Shown here in pieces: positions 25,375-36,881 of a stretch of 64,000 bases of DNA; within the stretch, counting starts at the first letter, position 1, and the number at the start of each line of letters is the position of its first letter. The translations under genes and the position numbers were made by a program. Origin of the DNA: an uncultured Nitrososphaeraceae archaeon (lineage in GTDB: Archaea > Thermoproteota > Nitrososphaeria > Nitrososphaerales > Nitrososphaeraceae); assembly GCA_963765895.1 (NCBI GenBank), contig CAVXZB010000024.1:160001-224000 (forward strand), in the 5' to 3' direction. The notes below the pieces were generated by a model. It was not told the origin of the DNA. It did not search any database and saw only the letters and a list, made by a program, of their open reading frames with translations.

Positions 25375-26832
25375 TTAAGTTTGAAAGAATTTCTTTGTTT
25401 CTCCCAGAGCTAATAGTTCTAGTGTTGCTACCCTTACGACAACCGGGAGATCACACATCGCTTTGCCAATTGCTAAGCAGCAACGTTGAGGTAGTGTCTT
25501 AACTATAGATCTAATTGTGTCTCTGTCTGCAAGTGACACCTTTGATATTTTGTCCAAATCGGTATCGTTAGTAAAATTAAACAGGAAGATATTATCAACT
25601 TGCCTATAAATTCCGTCATTGATAGCATCTGGTTGGTTAGTAATAAAAGTTGCATAGATGCCAAAATGCCTCATTCTTGTGATAATATCTTCCCAATACG
25701 TGTCTCTCACATACATGTGTGCCTCTTCTGCAAATAGAAAGACAGGAGGAATTTGAGCTCTTTCCAGAAGCTCCACTAGTTTGCTTAATATTAGCTCTAC
25801 TAGCATTAACCTTACAATTGGGCGGACTTTGGCCATGCTGACTATAAAAGCAGCTCCGGTAGCCATTCTTGAAATTATTTCCTCAAATCTGAAACTATCT
25901 CTGCTCCCATCCTCCGAAAATAATTTAGATGTCTGAACAGTGTGAAATCTGGAAATAAGGGCCTCTCGCACATATTCATTGATGTTCCATGTGTTAATTG
26001 CCTTCTCAATGCTTGTTAAATTCAATGATTTTTTGCTTTCGAGATGATCCCATATGCGCATGAATTCGCGCAACGAAGCTGCTGGCATTTCAAGCGCATT
26101 TTTCAACATATTAGATATGCCAGTCTTTCCACAATAATCCAAAGAGAAACTTAAGGCATCGCCTATCTCTAGTCTAATGACCCGATTAGAGATATTTGAT
26201 GGTGATTTATCTCTATTATACGCCAATCCCTGATATTCATTATTTAAGTCAAACACGAAGATATAGCCCCCATGCTCCAATAAAGTCTTGACCAGCATTT
26301 TGGAAAGATGTGACTTACCAGATTCTTTCCTTCCCGTAATGATATTTAATTTACCATCGAGATCTTCTGCGTAAATCGCTATGTTTTCATTCGCCATACC
26401 TGCTTTGCCAAGAGGAATAAGAAATTTTCCTGTTCTACCGAGAAAAGAGTGAAGCTCAGAAATTTTGAGAAGACTTACCTTAGAACATACCCTTGAGGGA
26501 AGTCCACTAATTTCAGTCGTTAGCATTCCGCTACCGTCTACAGAAGCCCTTATCTTTGTGTGATAAATTCGCGCATCTCTCAATAAATTAGAAATCCTGC
26601 TTATATTTAGGGGATCATGAATACGTTCGACACTTGAGGCTGCTGCTATTTCATCTCTGATCATATCATCTATGAGTGGTTGGGAAGATAGATATTCTTC
26701 ATCGAAAACTTGGACTATTAATCTTCTGCCCAAATTCTCATCTTGAATTAGGAGATACTCACCTTTAGATACAATTTCTGTTTTCATAGCCAACATCAAA
26801 AATCCGTCGCTATTCTTAGATAGAATTCTCAT
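25375..26832 (-). CDS. herA: HerA-family ATPase/helicase
   Basis: Walker A GRKESGKS, FDLNNEY, Walker B FAEEAH, RMRHFG arginine motif, ITNQP. Confidence 0.85.
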   Translation of the reverse strand: MRILSKNSDGFLMLAMKTEIVSKGEYLLIQDENLGRRLIVQVFDEEYLSSQPLIDDMIRDEIAAASSVERIHDPLNISRISNLLRDARIYHTKIRASVDGSGMLTTEISGLPSRVCSKVSLLKISELHSFLGRTGKFLIPLGKAGMANENIAIYAEDLDGKLNIITGRKESGKSHLSKMLVKTLLEHGGYIFVFDLNNEYQGLAYNRDKSPSNISNRVIRLEIGDALSFSLDYCGKTGISNMLKNALEMPAASLREFMRIWDHLESKKSLNLTSIEKAINTWNINEYVREALISRFHTVQTSKLFSEDGSRDSFRFEEIISRMATGAAFIVSMAKVRPIVRLMLVELILSKLVELLERAQIPPVFLFAEEAHMYVRDTYWEDIITRMRHFGIYATFITNQPDAINDGIYRQVDNIFLFNFTNDTDLDKISKVSLADRDTIRSIVKTLPQRCCLAIGKAMCDLPVVVRVATLELLALGETKKFFQT

Positions 26833-27869
26833 ATTGACATTGATCCTAATAATGTGCTTCGAATATCATCATGCGGAACTACCTGTAGTCTATACTTGCT
26901 TAGAAGATGTCCCTTAAGACACTCAATTTCTGTTGGGTTGAATGTCGAAATATGATGAGCCAGTCTCAATGACTCAGGATACCCAAGACCTAGAGAATCG
27001 TTTCCAAGTAATTTTCCGAATGCAATATCTATTGTTTTTTCTGGATCAACTATGTCTACACGTAGTATTGGACTGTCATTCTCTCCAAATTTGGCGAGCG
27101 TATTGTTGCCAATTGGATCCCTAATCAAGCCCTTCATATATAGATTTAAATCTACATACGCTGGTGACTTGCATCCTATTAGAAATGAATAGACGCTTTC
27201 AAGAATACTTAGGTTTGTTTTTTTGGTGATGGCTATTAGAGAATTTCCGTTAGTGCGACAGTATTCAACAATATTTTTTATATTTTCCTGCGTAGATTCT
27301 AAAGGCGAAGCTTTGAGGGATCCATCAATAAGTATTATTGAATTGTTAATTATCTTGGACAACCCATATTGAATCGATCTTTCAGTCCTTACCCGTATAA
27401 GCCTCTTGACTGATTCATGATCAGCTAAGCTAATATTGGCAAGCTGGTGATCCAGTGCTGATTCTCTTAGGGTGTCATCGTTCAAGTAGAAAATTATGGG
27501 CCCAATTTTATAATGGTGTACCGCATCACTATTTGATGCTATCGCAATGCCGCATTTTACAGCATATATATTCCCGTCATCTGTTTCACCGAGCCTCACA
27601 CTACTTGAGTCAATAGCAAAAATACGAGTCTTTGTTCGTATAGGCTTAATTGTTATTGGTGTTGCACAATAAGAATTATATCTGCTAGATTGCCTATTTA
27701 AATATTGGATGCCATTACCGTCAACGTCAAACAATACTCTCTGGCCTGTACGTAGGTTGCTTATACCTAAGGGGAAGCAATGTTCAATAGTATTTTTAAT
27801 GACGACGTCTAAATCAAATTCGCAACATGATTGGTTTGGACATATATTATTGTTCATGATGGTCAACAT
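26829..27869 (-). CDS. nurA: NurA-family nuclease
   Basis: FAIDSSS, LIDGSL, ITK, GYPESLRLAHH motifs; overlaps the herA start. Confidence 0.8.
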   Translation of the reverse strand: MLTIMNNNICPNQSCCEFDLDVVIKNTIEHCFPLGISNLRTGQRVLFDVDGNGIQYLNRQSSRYNSYCATPITIKPIRTKTRIFAIDSSSVRLGETDDGNIYAVKCGIAIASNSDAVHHYKIGPIIFYLNDDTLRESALDHQLANISLADHESVKRLIRVRTERSIQYGLSKIINNSIILIDGSLKASPLESTQENIKNIVEYCRTNGNSLIAITKKTNLSILESVYSFLIGCKSPAYVDLNLYMKGLIRDPIGNNTLAKFGENDSPILRVDIVDPEKTIDIAFGKLLGNDSLGLGYPESLRLAHHISTFNPTEIECLKGHLLSKYRLQVVPHDDIRSTLLGSMSI

Positions 27870-27977
27870 TATTCTGTGGTGGTTATTAATTAATATTGCT
27901 CAACATGGTCAACAAGTTTGAAAAATAATAATTGCCTATATGAGTCACCCTTTCAATAATAACTAGGATTTTATGGA

Positions 27978-28523
27978 ATGATAGATTATGCTCCTACGCC
28001 ATCGCAAACACAACAAGGTGACGTCAAGGTTAGACTAAAGCGCGGAGATTGGGACATAGAGATAACATGTAACAATGATAAGGTCAAAGCCGTGATAGAA
28101 GACGTCCTTTTTGGAATCGATATCTCGACTGAACCGAAGAATGAGCTCGCTACCCAAGTAGAAGAACTAAGAGCTGAAATCGCCTCTATAAATTCTCGAG
28201 TAATGGTAATTCCTGAAACATATGGCCCGGGACCAGATAACCTAGTACAACTAAAGCCCATGATCTCAACTGGAGCTACGTGCAGGGGACTAATTGAGAT
28301 ATTATGTCATGAGGGATATTTCGAATTAGAAAAAACTCTGGGGCAAGTACATGAAGAGTTGGCTAGGCGTGGATACAATTACGACAGAACGGCCGTATCT
28401 CATTCTCTAACAGATCTGGTACGAGAAGGAAGTCTGACACGGATTGGAACAATTAGAAATTATCGGTATCTGCAAAAAGGTAAATCGACCTATGCAGCAG
28501 AGAATCCACACGCAACTACTTGA
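27978..28523 (+). CDS. Hypothetical protein with C-terminal winged-helix domain
   Basis: EGYFELEKTLGQVHEELARRGYNYDRTAVSHSLTDLVREGSLTRIG is wHTH-like. Confidence 0.7.
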   Translation: MIDYAPTPSQTQQGDVKVRLKRGDWDIEITCNNDKVKAVIEDVLFGIDISTEPKNELATQVEELRAEIASINSRVMVIPETYGPGPDNLVQLKPMISTGATCRGLIEILCHEGYFELEKTLGQVHEELARRGYNYDRTAVSHSLTDLVREGSLTRIGTIRNYRYLQKGKSTYAAENPHATT

Positions 28524-28984
28524 TTTATTGTTGTATTTAATCCTGCAATAGTATGTGGTCACACCAAGTGTTCTGTATGGTATTCTGTGATCATAGGCAG
28601 ATTTAAAGAAACACAATGTACATCCATCTTTTACTTAGTCTTGGGAACAAATGAAAAATAAGTACCTTCTCGACAGAGTGATTTACTACTATATCTAAAC
28701 CGCCCACCTTAAAAATAACGACATTGTTTGAGAATAATATTAATGCCTTTTCCCTCTTGAAAGCAGCAAACATAGTGTATTAAATTGGTAGGAATTCAAA
28801 TATAATGGTTAAATTTACTTAAAACTTTTTAAGCATTAGGAAAAGATTACTGCCACAAAGTAGTTTTCTCGTAATTTTTAAATTATATTTTCCATCATTT
28901 TAAGCATCGATTCATTGCATTGTTTAACGGGAGACTTACAATAGTTAATATTTAGATATAGTTACTACCTTTTGGTATAGCTGA

Positions 28985-30370
28985 ATGTGCGAGTCCGAAT
29001 TATTGCATATAGGAATAGATGATACTGACTCATTAGATGGAAGGTGTACTACACACCTGACATACAATATTGTACGTCATATTTTAAAGAACAGACTAGG
29101 TGATTTTATAGATTATCCCCTGCTAATTAGATTGAACCCAAATGTACCATGGAAAACAAGGGGAAATGGTGCCGTTTGCCTGAGATTGAGAACCCATGAT
29201 CCCAGAAAAATAGTTGAGCATGTGACAAAGTACGTCGAGAAAGAATCTGCGATAGACTCTGGGGCAAATCCCGGTGTAGTAATTTTAGCTAGTAGAACCG
29301 TCCCGGACATGGTACAAGAATTTGGGAGAAGGGCCATGTATGATATTCTTAGTCTGGAAAAGGCTAAAAATATTGCAAGAAAATACGACAGCATAGATCA
29401 TTTTCTATATGGAAATGGCCAGGGGTTAATAGGTTCATTAGCTGCTGTTGGTACTCAATTATGGGGAGACTACACATTTGAAGCAATTGCTTATAGAAGA
29501 TTAGAAAATTGCAAGACTGCTCGAAGAATCAATCCCTTAAAGGTAATAAAATGTAGTGAAGAAACGTTTCCTAATACTTTTAATAACTACGACTTTACTC
29601 ATCATCGAGTTCTTATTGCTCCGCATGGACCAGATCCTGTATTTTGTGGGGTCAGGGGAGAGACTCCTGATATTGTAATATCAGCTTTAGAAATGATGAA
29701 GCCTGAGGAGAAGTTGGATGGATATATGGTTTTTAGATCTAACCAGGGAACCAATATGCATCTTCTAAATGAGTTGGAATTTAGAGATATCAAGCCTTAC
29801 ATGTCGGGTTTCTCGGTTTGCAGGGTAAGTAAAAATCCGAATATCATACATGGCGGACATGTCGTATTTGAAGTTAAAGATGATTGTGGTAACAGCATAG
29901 CTGCGGCTGTATATGAGCCCACAGATCTCACAAATATTGCCGCAAGATTGAAAATAGGAGATCTTATAGAAATAGGTTTTGGGGTAAGAGAAGTGACACC
30001 TAAGCATCAAGAAGTCCTAAATGTAGAATACCTTTCCATAGTTCAGCTCTCACGGGTATCTCGAGTATATAATCCATTCTGCGAGGACTGTGGTAAGAGA
30101 ATGAAATCAGAGGGAAAAAATAAAGGTTTTCAGTGTGAAAAATGTGGATCTCGGAAGGGTACAACGCAAAAGATCCATGTTAGCCAAGAGCGAGATCTAA
30201 AGACTGGACTTTATATTCCATCTCCAAGAAGTCATAGGCATTTAACAAAACCTTCTCATAGATATAATCTAGTGAAGTCTTTTCTCACGTTCGATTCAAC
30301 ATCGAAATTAATTAGATCTTGGGTTTCCTCCATACCACTAGATCATACGACCTATGAAGATAGATTTTAG
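28985..30370 (+). CDS. tiaS: tRNA(Ile2) agmatinylcytidine synthase
   Basis: IGIDDTDS..GRCTT, LIRLNPNVPWKTRGNGA, PHGPDPVFCGVRG, SNQGT, Zn ribbon, RHLTKP. Confidence 0.95.
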   Translation: MCESELLHIGIDDTDSLDGRCTTHLTYNIVRHILKNRLGDFIDYPLLIRLNPNVPWKTRGNGAVCLRLRTHDPRKIVEHVTKYVEKESAIDSGANPGVVILASRTVPDMVQEFGRRAMYDILSLEKAKNIARKYDSIDHFLYGNGQGLIGSLAAVGTQLWGDYTFEAIAYRRLENCKTARRINPLKVIKCSEETFPNTFNNYDFTHHRVLIAPHGPDPVFCGVRGETPDIVISALEMMKPEEKLDGYMVFRSNQGTNMHLLNELEFRDIKPYMSGFSVCRVSKNPNIIHGGHVVFEVKDDCGNSIAAAVYEPTDLTNIAARLKIGDLIEIGFGVREVTPKHQEVLNVEYLSIVQLSRVSRVYNPFCEDCGKRMKSEGKNKGFQCEKCGSRKGTTQKIHVSQERDLKTGLYIPSPRSHRHLTKPSHRYNLVKSFLTFDSTSKLIRSWVSSIPLDHTTYEDRF

Positions 30371-31058
30371 AAAGGCTGTATTAAAATATTAGATCAGATA
30401 AAGTATGATTAGGCAGTCCCTCATGTCATGTTGGGGTATTCAATCATTTACCATTGTATAGTAACGCAGATCATTAGTGGGTAAAGCCCATTCTATTTGT
30501 AAGGCTTATTTCGTAATGCAACTTTAATAATGTATTTTATTGTGTTAGAAGGAAATTGACTGAGGCAAGTGCTCTATTGAAAATCGATGTTAATATATTA
30601 CATCTTCAATATTATATATAATGCGACAGGCTCTAACTCGATCATGAGTTGATGTTATTTCATGATAAGAAACTGTTTGCGCCTGTTGTACTTCCTCTAC
30701 CATTTATAATGCCACATCACCGGTAATAAAAGAGTGCTACTATTGATTCTCATAGAAGACGATTCGATATCAGACAAATGCAAGACCACCCCTTCCACGT
30801 TAAGTTATTTACATGGTTTGGGATTTTATCAGATGAGTCTAACTGTTTTAGTGCTAGCTCACAAGTCCTGTTTTGTGAACCACTATTACCAGCAATGTCG
30901 CAGGAAATATTGTAATTAAATATCTTGGCCCAAGGTCAACAGTCTAATTCAATCTTTTGAACGGATATTTTGGGAATGCAAATACACAGGGAATATAAAC
31001 AAATTGTTTGCCAATGGGTTTCTAATTAGAGAAAACAATAGAAAATCGTATTCTTTTC

Positions 31059-33128
31059 TCAGGCTTTTGCATAGAAACCAGCTTTGCGTTCATAAATTTG
31101 ACCATTTTGCATTGCTTTCTTTATGTATGTCCTTGCCTCATCTTCAGTAAATTTGGTCGTTCTAATCAATTCCTCGATAAAGTTCCGTTCACTAACTTCG
31201 TTTCGATCTTGTCCAGAGAGAGCATTAAATATTTCTATAAATATCTTCAATTTGGAAACCTCACTATGCGGTTTTCCATGAAGCACGCCCAAATCTACCC
31301 TTCCAGTGTTAACATCAATTCCAGCTGTTTCTAACATTCGTTGAACAAGATAAATTGCCCGTTCCGCATCCTCGACTTCTACTCTGTTTCTTAGTAACAA
31401 CCTAGCACGGGCTGTAGAAAGCCTAACCAGTCCTTCTAGCTGTCGAGGTGTGACGGTTATCATACCTTCTGATTCCACGTTTCGCATTTTCATGTAGTAA
31501 TTCCGAATCATATCAATTGCCCCTGTAGTTAAGGAAGGCTCTATTTGCTTAGAATAGGAAAGATATTTACTGAAAAGATCGATATCGATTGCTGATTGGG
31601 CTGCGCGCTCCGAGTCACGATGAATTTCAAGTATGTGACTAGCAATGCGACTATCTTTCTCTTGTTCTGGGTTGTCCCTCACCACATAAATAAGGTCAAA
31701 TCTTGTCAATAGAGGAATCGGTAAATTAACATTTTCAGTGATGTTTTTGAAGGGATCATATTTGCCATACATTGGATTGGCCGCAGATAGAATTGAAGTC
31801 CTTGCGTTGAGTGTGGCTACAATACCTCCTTTAGCCACAGAACAAGTCTGCTGTTCCATGACTTCATGCAAGGCGGATCGGTCCTCTGGCCGTATCTTAT
31901 CGAATTCATCGATGCACACCAATCCTTGATCTGCTAATACTACTGCTCCTGCTTCAAGCATCATAATGCCAGATTTATCTCGAATAACCGCTGCGGTCAA
32001 CCCGGCTGCGGTTGAGCCTCTCCCTGAAGTGTAAAGTCCTCTTGGTCCAATTTTCGCAGCAAATTTCAACATCTCGGATTTTGCTGTCCCAGGATCACCT
32101 ACTAAAAATATATTTATATCACCTCTTCTTGCCGATCCATCGGTAAGTTTCTTTGTCACAGATCCAACAATTAGTAACAGGATTGCTTCCTTGATTACTT
32201 CGTGACCATACACATGAGGAGCAAATGAAGCTATCAGTTTGTCATATGCATCTGGTTTACTAGCAATAGACAGAATTTGTTTCTCATCTGCACTACTGAT
32301 AGCCATCCGTTCTATGCTTCTTGTTTCCTTGTTGCCTGCTCTGCCACCCAGATATTCAATATTATTTCCCTCCATCCTTAGCCGAAATAGATTCGTTTTC
32401 AGCTGTGGTGAAACCTGTTCTTGCTCTATTCTCACTATACCTGTCAACATAATTCGATCACCGGGACGACATTGATCTACTAAATCGCCCATCACGGTTA
32501 CCTCAATGTAATGCGGTAGCTGACCCGCAGGTAAATCTTCGGGTAGTTCTTGAAGGCGAACCATTTGAAAATCAGTAAAAACGCTATTTTCTGGATCCAT
32601 ATCCAACTCTTTTTCGTCACAGTTACTGCATTTTGTTGGTTTCTTCAAAAGAAGGCCTTTTAATATGGCTTCGTTAATAGCATTACAGCTCATGCAACGA
32701 TAGCCAATTTTCCTCGCAAGAGGTTTTACTTCTGATGATCTCACCACCATGCCCGATACGCCGATTAGCTTGTCGATCACATCGGCGCTGATTTCCCTTA
32801 ATCCCTTCTGGACTGTATAATTGCCAATTCTAACTCTGAGCTTATCACGGATTTCCGTTGCGTAATCTATGTGAATTTCGCTTAGGATTGATAAAACTGC
32901 CTGGTTGAATCCCACAAATATTTCATCAGGGTTGTGTGTAATCTGCTTCGCAAAATCTGGATTAAAGATGTCGAAATCAATGTAGTCTACTATTATCGAT
33001 GTCGAATTTAGCGACATCATATTATTAATTTTATCAAAATACTTGTAGCTACCCTCTCTATTTTTAAATGATCGTAAAAACCTTTCTAGCTCATTTGCCA
33101 GTGCAGAAGCAGTCTGCTGTTCAGCCAT
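31059..33128 (-). CDS. mcm: Replicative helicase MCM
   Basis: GDPGTAKS, IDEFDK, HEVMEQQ, AANP, TPRQLEG; N-terminal Zn finger. Confidence 0.98.
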   Translation of the reverse strand: MAEQQTASALANELERFLRSFKNREGSYKYFDKINNMMSLNSTSIIVDYIDFDIFNPDFAKQITHNPDEIFVGFNQAVLSILSEIHIDYATEIRDKLRVRIGNYTVQKGLREISADVIDKLIGVSGMVVRSSEVKPLARKIGYRCMSCNAINEAILKGLLLKKPTKCSNCDEKELDMDPENSVFTDFQMVRLQELPEDLPAGQLPHYIEVTVMGDLVDQCRPGDRIMLTGIVRIEQEQVSPQLKTNLFRLRMEGNNIEYLGGRAGNKETRSIERMAISSADEKQILSIASKPDAYDKLIASFAPHVYGHEVIKEAILLLIVGSVTKKLTDGSARRGDINIFLVGDPGTAKSEMLKFAAKIGPRGLYTSGRGSTAAGLTAAVIRDKSGIMMLEAGAVVLADQGLVCIDEFDKIRPEDRSALHEVMEQQTCSVAKGGIVATLNARTSILSAANPMYGKYDPFKNITENVNLPIPLLTRFDLIYVVRDNPEQEKDSRIASHILEIHRDSERAAQSAIDIDLFSKYLSYSKQIEPSLTTGAIDMIRNYYMKMRNVESEGMITVTPRQLEGLVRLSTARARLLLRNRVEVEDAERAIYLVQRMLETAGIDVNTGRVDLGVLHGKPHSEVSKLKIFIEIFNALSGQDRNEVSERNFIEELIRTTKFTEDEARTYIKKAMQNGQIYERKAGFYAKA

Positions 33129-33666
33129 ACTTATTTAACACTGTTTGTTTAAATAAGTCTGTAATACGGTGCATCATAAGATAAAGCTCATATTCTTCAG
33201 CGGATAATTTTTCTTTGACTTCAGGGGATAGTGGAGAAGCTGCTGCAAGTTTTGCGATTTTTTCCAACCGAGAAGCAATAAAAGAATTGAGTGAAACTGA
33301 CAACCTTTCACGGTCATCTTCACTAGAAGCTTCTAGATGATCTTTTAGCCTTATATAAAAGTCAGGATCAATACCCGATAAGTCATGAGGTCTTGCAATT
33401 CGCTCACGATTCAACGATCTCGAAACATAAGAAGATACGTCAATATCTTGGATATCAAGGACACCATTTCGATTCAGCACTTTTGCGAGCCATCGAGGAA
33501 TCATCGAGATATCCCCATCCTTTGCATCAATAAATACTCCGCCCAGATCTAAGTTAAGATCGTGTCTAAACGTGACTCGAATATCCTCCAACATAAATTG
33601 AATAAAATATATTAGTTGAATAGGGATCGCATTTGTCATGGTTAGAGCATGATAGTCATTTTGCAC
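33121..33666 (-). CDS. GINS subunit (Gins23-like)
   Basis: IPRWLAKVL, FYIRL, RLEKI, LSAEEYELY; overlaps the mcm start; true start may be ATG 33594. Confidence 0.85.
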   Translation of the reverse strand: MQNDYHALTMTNAIPIQLIYFIQFMLEDIRVTFRHDLNLDLGGVFIDAKDGDISMIPRWLAKVLNRNGVLDIQDIDVSSYVSRSLNRERIARPHDLSGIDPDFYIRLKDHLEASSEDDRERLSVSLNSFIASRLEKIAKLAAASPLSPEVKEKLSAEEYELYLMMHRITDLFKQTVLNKYG

Positions 33667-33951
33667 AGCTTTGATAATGGCTGCTTCCGTTATATCCTTT
33701 ATTGTATTTTAGTTGACTGCCAATCTATTAGTTTCATTGGATTTTCCAAAAGACAGACATCAATTCTAAAACAACGATTACCGATTTCTATCCCGAAGAC
33801 TGACAATAATGTCTGCTCGTTTTTAATAGCTGTATATTATTATCCTTAATATTCTCCTACATACAACGCCAGGCCGACTATATAATTTGAATGATTCCCA
33901 GGTTCGCAATCCTAATATGCGGTCTGATTTAATTCACTGGGTCAGACACCA

Positions 33952-34947
33952 ATGTCGACAACAAATAATACCTTTCAAAACTTGATGTGGGTTGAGAAAT
34001 ACCGACCACAAGACCTGGAGCAAATTGTTAATCAGAGCGAGGTAATTGGCGGGATTTCCAATCTTATCAAGGATCCTGAAGCTATTCCGCATCTACTTTT
34101 TGCCGGACCGCCAGGCGTAGGAAAAACTACAGCTGCCTTATGCATAGCTAAACACCTGCTCGGGGTAGATTGGCGAAAAGATACCCTAGAGTTAAACGCT
34201 TCCGATGAGAGGGGCATAAAAATGGTTAGAGAAAGGGTAAAATCATTCGCAGCTGTCTTCAAATTAGTTACAGATTCAAATAGCGAACAAAAGATGTATC
34301 GATTAATTGTACTAGATGAGGCCGATGAAATGACTCCAGAGGCGCAGACAGCATTAAGAAGAATTATTGAGGATAGTTCCAAAACGACGAGATTTATAAT
34401 TATATGTAATTATTTGTCGCAAATCATAGACCCACTTCAGAGTAGGTGTGTAATCTTTAGATTTACAAGATTGGCAGAAAAATATGTGGTAGACCATATG
34501 AAGATGATATGCAAAAAAGAAGGGATAAATTTTGAGGAGAAGGCGTTATCAAAAATATATGAAATTACCTCTGGCGATCTTCGTCTATCTATAAATATTC
34601 TTCAAGCCTCCGCAGCAACAAAACATGTGTCAATCTCGAATGTGCTGTCGACTATGGGGTTATCTGGTAGAGCAAAAGTAGCAGATGTTATCAGATTAGC
34701 CATTTCAGGGAAATTTAATGAATCGAGAATCAAGCTAATGGAATTGACGACGGTTTATGGCATGTCCCATAGTGACTTTTTAAAATATGCAAATCAAGAA
34801 ATCTATTCTATGAAGCTACCTAATCCAAACAAAATAGCTGTCCTGATGGCGGAATATGACTTTCGCTTGGCGACAGGAGCTCATCCTGATCTCCAGCTAA
34901 CTGCTTTTTTGGCGCAGCTGGCACACCATGGATCCGACCAATTGTAG
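33952..34947 (+). CDS. rfcS: Replication factor C small subunit
   Basis: WVEKYRP, GPPGVGKTT, ELNASDERG, LDEADEM, LQSRC, GDLR. Confidence 0.97.
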   Translation: MSTTNNTFQNLMWVEKYRPQDLEQIVNQSEVIGGISNLIKDPEAIPHLLFAGPPGVGKTTAALCIAKHLLGVDWRKDTLELNASDERGIKMVRERVKSFAAVFKLVTDSNSEQKMYRLIVLDEADEMTPEAQTALRRIIEDSSKTTRFIIICNYLSQIIDPLQSRCVIFRFTRLAEKYVVDHMKMICKKEGINFEEKALSKIYEITSGDLRLSINILQASAATKHVSISNVLSTMGLSGRAKVADVIRLAISGKFNESRIKLMELTTVYGMSHSDFLKYANQEIYSMKLPNPNKIAVLMAEYDFRLATGAHPDLQLTAFLAQLAHHGSDQL

Positions 34948-35716
34948 ATATTTCATGTTAGTTGATCCTTATTCTAAATATATCGACTGCTAAAGGATTT
35001 CACAATATCTATTTATGCTTAAAGTTAATTTTGCGAGGCGACTTAGTTAGCACAAATATTTACAGAAGACGAATCCGGGCTCATGTATCATCCTGATTTG
35101 GCAGAGAATTATAAACAGTATTGCTATTCAAAGGTATGAGATTCATTTGTACAACGTTAAAGAGGAGATAGTCAGGGATAGGTACCAGCTAACGGTACAT
35201 CCTGCTAGCACAATGTCTAATTCAAGACTTCAATTGTACTCCAGACTTTATCCTTTCCAAGCCTAGCGATAACATTGCTTAGAAATGCAAATGGCGCTAT
35301 CATACCATCATGCACAGGAGTGACAAACAGTGATGTCATCAACCACACTTGCGATCGTAAAGCAGAGGTATTTGAATTCAATGAAACAATGTACAGGAGA
35401 GGTCTAGACAAAATATGTCTTTTATATGACTATAGGCGTAGTATACTAGCCTTAATAGGATCCTCGAGACTGAGGTCGATTAGATAGCGTCTATAGAATC
35501 AAACAGGTTTGACAGCCCACCCAGGCTAGATGACATTTAAATGCTCACGTAGAATGTACCAGTATCCAAATAAAACAAAGTCACGTCAGCCTAACAGCTT
35601 CTACCACACTCAGCAGCATTGAAATATCTATACATGACTTGCTACTTATAGACATGAATGTAAGGCAGAGATATTAATTGAAAACCTTATATCGGAATCT
35701 CTTTTTATAGCACACC

Positions 35717-36065
35717 ATGAAACGTATAGAAGCAATTATCCCGCATGAGAAGACAACGGAGTTAAATGAAGCATTGAAAGAAGCCGGGGTAGGAGGTTGT
35801 ACTATTCTGGAAGCGAAAGGCCGAGGAAAGGGTGAAAAAGCAGTGGTTGAATCTGGAAGAGGAACAGCTCGGTTTGTATCAGAATTCTCAGTGAGATCAA
35901 ATTTTGTCATAATTGTTGGTGACTCAGAAGTCGACAAAGTAGTTACAACGATTTTAGGTACAGTCAGGTACTGGTTCGACAGGTGATGGCAAGATCTTTA
36001 TCTCTCCAGTGAATGATGCTATCGATATAGGCACAAGGAAAAAAGGAGAAACTGCGGTTGTATAG
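35717..36065 (+). CDS. glnB: P-II nitrogen regulatory protein, frameshift near 35967
   Basis: MKRIEAII, GRGKG T-loop; after removing one G: STGSTGDGKIFISPVNDAIDIGTRKKGETAVV*. Confidence 0.92.
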
Positions 36066-36393
36066 TACCTAAGGATTGAATGTCAGTTGCAAATTTAGTT
36101 GACATGTTGGTTTACGTTGAATCTTGCATTAACTTACGAGTAAACCAGAGAAGTATACAAAATCCCCAGTTATAGCCGGAGAATATGTTAGAGTGGAACG
36201 TCAAATTACAATGGGATCGCCTAATGAAGGAAGCTTAATGTTGAGAAGAAAAATAAACTATTAATCACTGGATCTTGAATCTGATTTGCTTCTAATATGT
36301 TTCTAAGTTTATTATATGAACATGCAAAAATACTATACCAATTCGGTTTTAAGAATCCAACCAAATTTTATTATAATTTTACTAGGAGTAAAA

Positions 36394-36468
36394 CGGGCCC
36401 GGAGGGCTTCGATCCCTCGCCCTGCGGTTCCGAAGACCGCCACGATGTCCTGACTACGCTACGAGCCC
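36394..36468 (-). tRNA. tRNA-Arg(TCG)
   Basis: GGGCTCG acceptor / CGGGCCC-G, anticodon arm GCGGT-CTTCGGA-ACCGC, T-arm GAGGGATCGAAGCCCTC. Confidence 0.93.
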
Positions 36469-36881
36469 GACAATGTTTGATTAAATGGTAGTCTTAAATC
36501 TATTCTTCTGGAAAACAGTGCAAAGACTAATCAGTCTTTTGTAAAAAACTGAGGTCGAAGTCAATTATACAGTATGAAATCTTCAGATCAGCTATCCATA
36601 ACCTTCTAGTCCTATGGAGCGAGGGTGTAAATATAATAATGAACTTGGGTATTATTATCTGCATTTGTTCTAAAAGGTTGGTGAAGATAGTGCAGCAGCA
36701 GTATCTTGTAGAAATAAAAGGAGTATCTCTGTTACAAATATTCTTACCATGCCAACTCATTGACATCATGGATTCTCTTTTGTAAATGGTGCATATTACA
36801 TTTGAGATAACGTCGGATTAGTTCCAGGATTATTATACATAACCATTTATCTCTGGTCTATTCCTTTCATCTACTACCTAA

